From assembly GCA_022646745.1 (NCBI GenBank), contig CP060262.1, forward strand, positions 3,750,001-3,782,000: a stretch of 32,000 nucleotides of DNA, in the 5' to 3' direction. This DNA comes from Planctomycetales bacterium. Lineage in GTDB: Bacteria > 4484-113 > JAFGCY01. The notes beneath the pieces are model-generated. The model was not told the origin of the DNA and made no database searches. It worked only from the letters and a program-made list of their open reading frames with translations. A program made the translations under genes and the position numbers. Below are positions 23,676-29,515 of the stretch, one piece after another; the stretch's first letter is position 1, and the number at the start of each line of letters is the position of its first letter.

Positions 23676-26600
23676 GCCAGCCGATGCATGACTGGTGGGC
23701 CAGCCTGCGCCATGGCGGAATGCTCGTTGACATGAACCGTCTGGTTCTGCTGCTTCCGCAGGCTCTGGAACCTGAGAAGCTGCTGCAATTCCACCGCGAG
23801 GACAAGCTGCGCCGCGAACTGGCTGAATTCCACAGTGACCCGGAGAAGCTGCGCAACCAGCTCGTGCGCTTCATACTGGAGCATATCTGCGGGATCGGCA
23901 CGGATGATGGCAAGTGGCTGGCAGGAACGAACATTGATTCATCCTGGAACAGACATGGACTGGCCGGGGAATCCATAAAACCGCAGTTGCTCTGGCAGCA
24001 TGCTGCATCGGATGCGGTATTCCCGGTGTTCATTGACAGTTCAGGCCGGCGTTTGGGGATTGGCAGGAGCCGCCGCGAATACACGCGGGTGCTGCGTTGG
24101 CTGCGCAGTGGCCGGCAGCAGCTGGCAATCCTGACGAACGGATTCCAGTGGCGGATCATCTTCGCGGGCCTTGACTACGACGCCTGGTGCGAGTGGGAGT
24201 CCTCCGCCTGGTTCAGCGAGGGGCAGCCCAGCGCGGAGCTGGCCGGATTCTGTGCGCTGGTCTCAACACAGCTCTGGCTGCCCGCTGGTGAGGGACAGCC
24301 CAGCCCGCTGGTGGATGCAGTCAATGACAGCCGCAAGGGCCAGGCTGAACTGTCCGCCGTGCTGGGTGAGCGCGTTCGCAAGGCTGCCGAAAAGCTGATC
24401 ATCGCGCATGCCCCGCTGCTCAGCGACCAGTTCCCGCATATCAAGCCTGAGGAAATCTACCGCGCCTCAGTGCGCATGATCATGCGCATCGTGGTGCTGC
24501 TGTTCGCGGAAAGCCGTGAAGGCCTGCTGCCGCGTGACAATGAGATCTACCACAACTCCTACAGTGTGCAGCAGCTGCGCGATGCCCTGCGCAACCGCAG
24601 CGATTACCGGCTGAAGCATTCGACTTCAGCCTGGCCGCGCCTGCTGGCCCTGATGTACATGGTTTACAAGGGATCGCCGCATGAGGCGGTGCCGATCCCG
24701 CAGTATGGCGGGGAACTGTTCCAGCCCGGCAGCAGGGACAGCGCGGACGGACTGCAGAAGGTGCTGCACATCTTTGAGAACGGCTGCTACCAGTCAGATG
24801 TACTGATCACGGATCTGCAGATCCGCGAGATCCTCAACCTGCTGACAATGACGGAAATCAGCATCCGCCAGGGCCGCAGCCGCATGCGCGTGCCTGCGCC
24901 GGTGGACTTCTCCAGCCTGGACAGCGAGTACATCGGCATCCTCTATGAGGGCCTGCTGGACTTTGAGCTGCGCCAGGTCGGCAAAGACCAGCCCATCGTC
25001 TTCCTGGCTGTCGGCAACCAGCCAGCCCTGCCGCTGGAAACCCTGGAAGCGATGGATGACAAGGACATCAGGAACCTGCTGGAGAAGATGAAGGACAAGT
25101 CTTCCTCATCCGACTCTGAGGATGAGGATGCAGACGAGGACAGTGCCAATGAGGGAGAGCAGGACGAGGCAGAGGAAGACGCCGAAGATGAACTTGGGGT
25201 TGAAGCTGCTGCCGAGGATGAGGAATCTGACGACGACCAGCGCGCAACGTTGAGGCAAAGAGCGGAGGAATGGGCGCGCAAGGCAGTGATCGCGGCAAGT
25301 CTGGTCAAGAAGACAAAGAGCAAGAAGCAGGATGCCCAGGCTCAGTACGAACGTGATGTTGCCAATAAAGCCAAGGCACTGATTACAGCAGTGCTGCTGC
25401 CAGGTCAGTGGTACCTCGTGCGCTGGGGAGGAACCCGTAAGGGCAGTGGCACTTTCTACACCCGGCCCCAGCTGGCGATCCCGACCGCGCACCGCACGCT
25501 CAGGCCGCTGGCCTACGACCCGCCGACTGGCAGCGACGGGCAGCCTGATACCAGGGCAGCCGCCGCCCTATGGACGCCGAAGCTGCCGGAGCAGATCCTG
25601 GCGCTGAAGGTCTGCGACCCGGCCTGCGGATCAGGCTCTTTCCCGCTGGCAGCGATGCGCTTCCTCACCAACGCTCTGTTCGAGTCACTGATCTTCCATA
25701 AGCGGATTGACGAGCATGCGGACCACTCAGTCCTGCAGCTTATCGAGGGCAGCACGGAGCAGGCCGATGCCGGCAGTGAGCGCATCCCTGTTCCCATGAC
25801 AGATGACAACTTCGAGCAGCGGACCAAGGCCGTGCTGAAGCGCTATATCGTGGAGCGCTGCATCTACGGCGTGGACCTCGACCCGCTTGCCGTCGAACTC
25901 TGCCGCCTGAGCCTCTGGATCGAAACCCTGGACCGCAGCCTGCCGATGACCTTCCTCAACCACAAAATCAAGTGTGGCAACAGTCTCGTCGGTGCCTGGT
26001 TTGACCAGTTTGCGCATTACCCGGTGATGGCCTGGGAACGCGAGGCTGGCGACACCAGCCATACCAACGGGGTGAACTACGCGCCCAAGGTGATGACGAA
26101 GCAGATCAATGAAATCAAGAAGCAGGTCAAGGCACAGATCATCGGCATCATAGACGACCGCCTGCAACTCAGCGGAGTTGACCTGCAACAGGCCCAGCAG
26201 AGCCATGCCGATGCAATGCGGGTGCTCAATGAAATTCACGGGATAGGCATCAATGACGCGCAGAAGCGAACGGAGAAGTATGAAGAGCTGCTGGAAGAAC
26301 CCGATTACATCAGGCTGAAGGAAAGCTTCGATCTCTGGTGCGCCATCTGGTTCTGGCCACTCAGCCGCATCTGCGATGCTCCATTGCCGACGCCTTTTGC
26401 AAAAGGTGAGATTGACGACGAGACGATTAAGCAAGTGAGAGACCTTGCAGCTTTCTTCCGCTTTTTCCACTGGGAGCTGGAATTCCCGGATGTATTCAAT
26501 GCTGATAGCTCAGGTTTTGATGCCATGCTGGGCAACCCGCCCTGGGACATTGCCAAGCCAAACAGCAAGGAGTGGTTTTCCGCGCAGGACCCACTGTACC

Positions 26601-29020
26601 GTACCTATGGCAAGCAGGAAGCACTGGCCAAGCAGCGGGCCATGTTCTCCACGCCGCGAGGCATGGGAGTCGAGGGAGACTGGCTGGCTTACTGCGACTA
26701 CTTCAAGGCCATGAGCAACTGGGTGAAGTACTCCGGCTTCCCCTTTGGCAACCGTGAATCCGAGAATTCATCCGGATCGCGTAGCCATGACTTCAGCCTC
26801 GGAACTGGTGGTAAGCACAGCTTTGCCAATTCCGTTGAGCGACACGAACTGTGGCGCAAGAAGAGCCTGGAGTCGCGGGGATTCGCAGATACGGAGCATG
26901 TCTTCCGGCACCAGGGCAGTGGGGACATCAACCTCTACAAGACTTTCCTGGAACAGGCGCATGCCTTGCTCAGGCCGAATGGACGTATGGGCTTCATCGT
27001 ACCCAGCGGGGTATATTCCGACTTCGGCACGATTGACCTGCGCCGCCTGTTCATAGAGCATTGCCAGTGGGAATGGCTGTTCGGATTCGAGAACCGAGAG
27101 GGTATATTCGACATCCACCGCAGCTTCAAGTTCAACCCGCTGGTGATCCAGAAGGGTGGTGAAACCCAGGCAGTGCGCACGGCCTTCATGCGCCGCGACA
27201 TCTCAGACTGGGAGAATGGCGAGGACTTCGAAACAGCCTATCCGCGTGAGCAAGTGCAGCAGTTCAGCCCCAACAGCCTGGCAATCCTGGAGATTCAGTC
27301 CGATAGGGACCTGGAGATCCTCACGAAGATTTACAGCAATTCAGTGCTGCTTGGCGACCAGGGGCCGGACGGCTGGGGCATCAAGTACGCAACTGAATTC
27401 CACATGACGAATGACTCCAGGCTCTTCCCGCCCAGGCCGAAATGGGAGGAGTGGGGTTACATCCCGGATGAGTACAGCCGCTGGGTCAAGGGACCCTGGC
27501 GCTCGGTCGTTGAACTCTGGCAGCAACTCGGGGTTGACCCGGCCCGGCCAGTTCCGCTTGATGCGGCCTGCCAGCAGGCTATAGAGGCAGGCATTGCCAG
27601 CGGAGAAGTGGAGAGAACAGGGGAAATCAACCACAGAGGCACAGAGGGCACAGAGGATTCGGAAAACAGCAACCAGGCCAGGCGGCTGCGCATCGCCCAG
27701 CCACCCTACGACCGCCTGCCCATCCCGCGTGCTGATATCCCCGAGGGCATCATCCTCAGCCGTGACGGCCAACACTTCATACACGAAGACGATATTCCGG
27801 TTGTCACCTTTACGGAAGCAAACGGCAAGGTGCTGACAATCTCCGAGGGCAAGGGTAAGAGCAAGAAGACGCGAGAAGTGAGAGGCAAGGCGATTGCACT
27901 GCCATTGTATCAAGGGGCAATGATTTGGTTGATGGATTATTCATTCAATGGTTACGCAAGCGGTGCAGGGAACAGAACTAGTTGGGAAAATGTGCCTTGG
28001 AGTTCAAAGCAGATAAATGCTCAGTTCATGTTGCCATCAGTATTAATGGATGGAGAATCATCAATTCATCGCTGGTCCCTTCGTGATATCTCCAATGCCA
28101 CAAATCAAAGATCATTCATTTCTGCTTTACTACCTGATTATCCTGCTGGCAACTCTGTACCTCTTCTGAAACCAAGCCGAGGTGAAAGGTCAGAAGTATT
28201 GCTTGCTGGGACAGCTGCAACTTTCGTGTTTGACTTTGCCGTTCGCCTGAGAATGACTGGCATGCACTTGAACTACTTCATACTGGAAGAGCTGCCGCTG
28301 CTTGTTCCAGATTGCAGTGAATATTTTGTAATCTTGACTGCCAAGCTCAACTTGGACAACAGATTGTTTGCAGGTTCCTGGCTGAAGAATAATACAGGAA
28401 ACGAAGTTAGCTCAGTGAATGCGCTCTCGAGGCATGAGCGAGTCCGCCTGTTCGCAATAATGGAAGCGTTGATGATGGGATTTTGGGACTTGTCTGCAAC
28501 TGATGCATGCCGTGTAGTCGCAGGTTGTGATGTGCCCTTAAGAGATATGGCGGGATTAGCAGCAAAGCTCGACGGAACAGGCTTCTGGCGCGTTGACAAG
28601 GACAAGCATCCCGAGCATCGCCTGACTGTGCTCAGCCTCGTGGCCTTCCACGACCTGATGCAGCATGTGGAAGCCTGCGGCGGGGACCGGGAAGCCGGTA
28701 TCGCCTCCTTCATGGCCCAGAATGACGGCGAGGGCTGGATGCTGCCGGAAAGCCTGCGCCTGGCGGACTACGCCCTCGGGCATGACGAGCGCGCAAAGGA
28801 GCACCAGCCGGTGCGTGAGTGCTTCGGCCCGCGCTTCTACGACTGGCAACTGGCACAGACCCCCGAGGAGAGCTGGAAGGAATGCCACCTGCACGTCCGC
28901 AACCTGCTGGGCAAACAGGGCTACCAGGACCTGCTGGATGAACTGGCGGGCAAGAAAGTGGAGAAGAAGTCGGACAAGCCCGCTGGCAACGGCGGGACGC
29001 TGTTCGGGGAAGATAATTAA
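23672..29020 (+). CDS. drmMI: Very large (1782 aa) gamma-class N6-adenine DNA methyltransferase, Eco57I/PglX-like (DISARM class 1 DrmMI-like)
   Basis: The GTG start overlaps the SNF2 stop (GTGA, 23672-23675), with GGAGG 6 nt upstream. The AdoMet motif I is VCDPACGSGSFPLAA (~25610-25650). The catalytic motif IV is NPPW (26534-26545, in GNPPWDIAKP), and motif I precedes motif IV as in gamma-class enzymes. The N-terminal ~600 aa contain an ILTNGFQWRII block like the N-terminal modules of PglX / type IIG enzymes. The C-terminal ~450 aa contain LPLYQGAMI and RDISNATNQRSFISALLP blocks. The long antisense ORFs here are high-GC shadows. Confidence 0.8.
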   Translation: MSQPMHDWWASLRHGGMLVDMNRLVLLLPQALEPEKLLQFHREDKLRRELAEFHSDPEKLRNQLVRFILEHICGIGTDDGKWLAGTNIDSSWNRHGLAGESIKPQLLWQHAASDAVFPVFIDSSGRRLGIGRSRREYTRVLRWLRSGRQQLAILTNGFQWRIIFAGLDYDAWCEWESSAWFSEGQPSAELAGFCALVSTQLWLPAGEGQPSPLVDAVNDSRKGQAELSAVLGERVRKAAEKLIIAHAPLLSDQFPHIKPEEIYRASVRMIMRIVVLLFAESREGLLPRDNEIYHNSYSVQQLRDALRNRSDYRLKHSTSAWPRLLALMYMVYKGSPHEAVPIPQYGGELFQPGSRDSADGLQKVLHIFENGCYQSDVLITDLQIREILNLLTMTEISIRQGRSRMRVPAPVDFSSLDSEYIGILYEGLLDFELRQVGKDQPIVFLAVGNQPALPLETLEAMDDKDIRNLLEKMKDKSSSSDSEDEDADEDSANEGEQDEAEEDAEDELGVEAAAEDEESDDDQRATLRQRAEEWARKAVIAASLVKKTKSKKQDAQAQYERDVANKAKALITAVLLPGQWYLVRWGGTRKGSGTFYTRPQLAIPTAHRTLRPLAYDPPTGSDGQPDTRAAAALWTPKLPEQILALKVCDPACGSGSFPLAAMRFLTNALFESLIFHKRIDEHADHSVLQLIEGSTEQADAGSERIPVPMTDDNFEQRTKAVLKRYIVERCIYGVDLDPLAVELCRLSLWIETLDRSLPMTFLNHKIKCGNSLVGAWFDQFAHYPVMAWEREAGDTSHTNGVNYAPKVMTKQINEIKKQVKAQIIGIIDDRLQLSGVDLQQAQQSHADAMRVLNEIHGIGINDAQKRTEKYEELLEEPDYIRLKESFDLWCAIWFWPLSRICDAPLPTPFAKGEIDDETIKQVRDLAAFFRFFHWELEFPDVFNADSSGFDAMLGNPPWDIAKPNSKEWFSAQDPLYRTYGKQEALAKQRAMFSTPRGMGVEGDWLAYCDYFKAMSNWVKYSGFPFGNRESENSSGSRSHDFSLGTGGKHSFANSVERHELWRKKSLESRGFADTEHVFRHQGSGDINLYKTFLEQAHALLRPNGRMGFIVPSGVYSDFGTIDLRRLFIEHCQWEWLFGFENREGIFDIHRSFKFNPLVIQKGGETQAVRTAFMRRDISDWENGEDFETAYPREQVQQFSPNSLAILEIQSDRDLEILTKIYSNSVLLGDQGPDGWGIKYATEFHMTNDSRLFPPRPKWEEWGYIPDEYSRWVKGPWRSVVELWQQLGVDPARPVPLDAACQQAIEAGIASGEVERTGEINHRGTEGTEDSENSNQARRLRIAQPPYDRLPIPRADIPEGIILSRDGQHFIHEDDIPVVTFTEANGKVLTISEGKGKSKKTREVRGKAIALPLYQGAMIWLMDYSFNGYASGAGNRTSWENVPWSSKQINAQFMLPSVLMDGESSIHRWSLRDISNATNQRSFISALLPDYPAGNSVPLLKPSRGERSEVLLAGTAATFVFDFAVRLRMTGMHLNYFILEELPLLVPDCSEYFVILTAKLNLDNRLFAGSWLKNNTGNEVSSVNALSRHERVRLFAIMEALMMGFWDLSATDACRVVAGCDVPLRDMAGLAAKLDGTGFWRVDKDKHPEHRLTVLSLVAFHDLMQHVEACGGDREAGIASFMAQNDGEGWMLPESLRLADYALGHDERAKEHQPVRECFGPRFYDWQLAQTPEESWKECHLHVRNLLGKQGYQDLLDELAGKKVEKKSDKPAGNGGTLFGEDN
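27629..27656 (+). repeat. Solo copy of the CACAGAGG-triplet repeat, in frame inside the methyltransferase (encodes NHRGTEGTE)
   Basis: AACCACAGAGGCACAGAGGGCACAGAGG. It matches the repeat at 29019-29046 at 26 of 28 positions and is in the same orientation. Confidence 0.85.
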
Positions 29021-29046
29021 CCACAGAGCCACAGAGGTCACAGAGG
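29019..29046 (+). repeat. Left inverted repeat, AACCACAGAGCCACAGAGGTCACAGAGG (three tandem CACAGAG(C/G) octamers)
   Basis: Read directly. Its first two bases are the last two bases of the methylase TAA stop. Confidence 0.9.
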
Positions 29047-29055
29047 AAAACGAAT

Positions 29056-29433
29056 ATGGAAGGAAACCGGGATCCGTTGACAGAACAGATAATCGGGGCT
29101 GCCATTGAAGTGCACCGTGCTGTCGGCCCCGGTTTACTTGAGTCAATCTATGAAGAGTGCATGTGCCGCGAACTTGCCATACAGGAACTGTCATTCCAGC
29201 GGCAGGTGCCAGTCCCGCTGATTTACAAGGGTGTACGCCTCGAAAACCCATTGCGGATGGACCTGGTAGTGGAAGACCAGGTTGTGCTTGAACTGAAAGC
29301 CGTTGACAAACTGTCCGGCCTGCATGAGGCTCAGCTATTGAGTTATCTGAAACTGGCTGGCAAGAGACGGGGCTTGTTGATGAATTTCAACTCCGAGAGA
29401 CTTGTGGATGGAGTAAAGAGGATGGTCCTTTGA
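29056..29433 (+). CDS. GxxExxY family protein (small PD-(D/E)XK nuclease-fold protein)
   Basis: 125 aa, with GAGG 9 nt upstream of the ATG. It contains the family signature G-L-L-E-S-I-Y (in VGPGLLESIYEECM) and a D...E-x-K core (RMDLVVEDQVVLELKAV). Confidence 0.85.
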   Translation: MEGNRDPLTEQIIGAAIEVHRAVGPGLLESIYEECMCRELAIQELSFQRQVPVPLIYKGVRLENPLRMDLVVEDQVVLELKAVDKLSGLHEAQLLSYLKLAGKRRGLLMNFNSERLVDGVKRMVL

Positions 29434-29454
29434 TAATGACGCTGAATTTGAATT

Positions 29455-29481
29455 CTCTGTGCCCTCTGTGGCTCTGTGGTT
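29455..29481 (-). repeat. Right inverted repeat (reverse complement AACCACAGAGCCACAGAGGGCACAGAG)
   Basis: The plus strand reads CTCTGTGCCCTCTGTGGCTCTGTGGTT. Its reverse complement differs from the left repeat at one position (G vs T). Confidence 0.9.
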
Positions 29482-29515
29482 GGAATTCTTCTCATGCAAT
29501 GTTGGCGGTGCTCAA

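Larger units (their letters stand above)
29019..29481 (+). mobile_element. 463-bp inverted-repeat-flanked cassette carrying a GxxExxY gene, inserted between the methylase and helicase genes (MITE-like or intervening-sequence-like element)
   Basis: Terminal inverted repeats lie at 29019-29046 and 29455-29481, with 26 of 27 positions complementary. They enclose a single 125-aa ORF. The cassette's left end overlaps the methylase stop codon (TAA 29018-29020), and its right end lies 34 nt before the helicase ATG. There is no transposase, so any mobility must be in trans or by recombination. Confidence 0.55.

Noticed and set aside
23672-29020. Interpreting the giant methyltransferase as BREX PglX or a stand-alone type IIG/IIL restriction-modification enzyme
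   Set aside because: No PglZ, BrxC, BrxL or other BREX genes are in the window, and I could not find an intact PD-(D/E)xK motif in the N-terminal module (the ILTNG block lacks the E-x-K). The flanking SNF2 and DEAH helicases fit DISARM class 1 better. This remains a context-based judgement that an HMM search could overturn.
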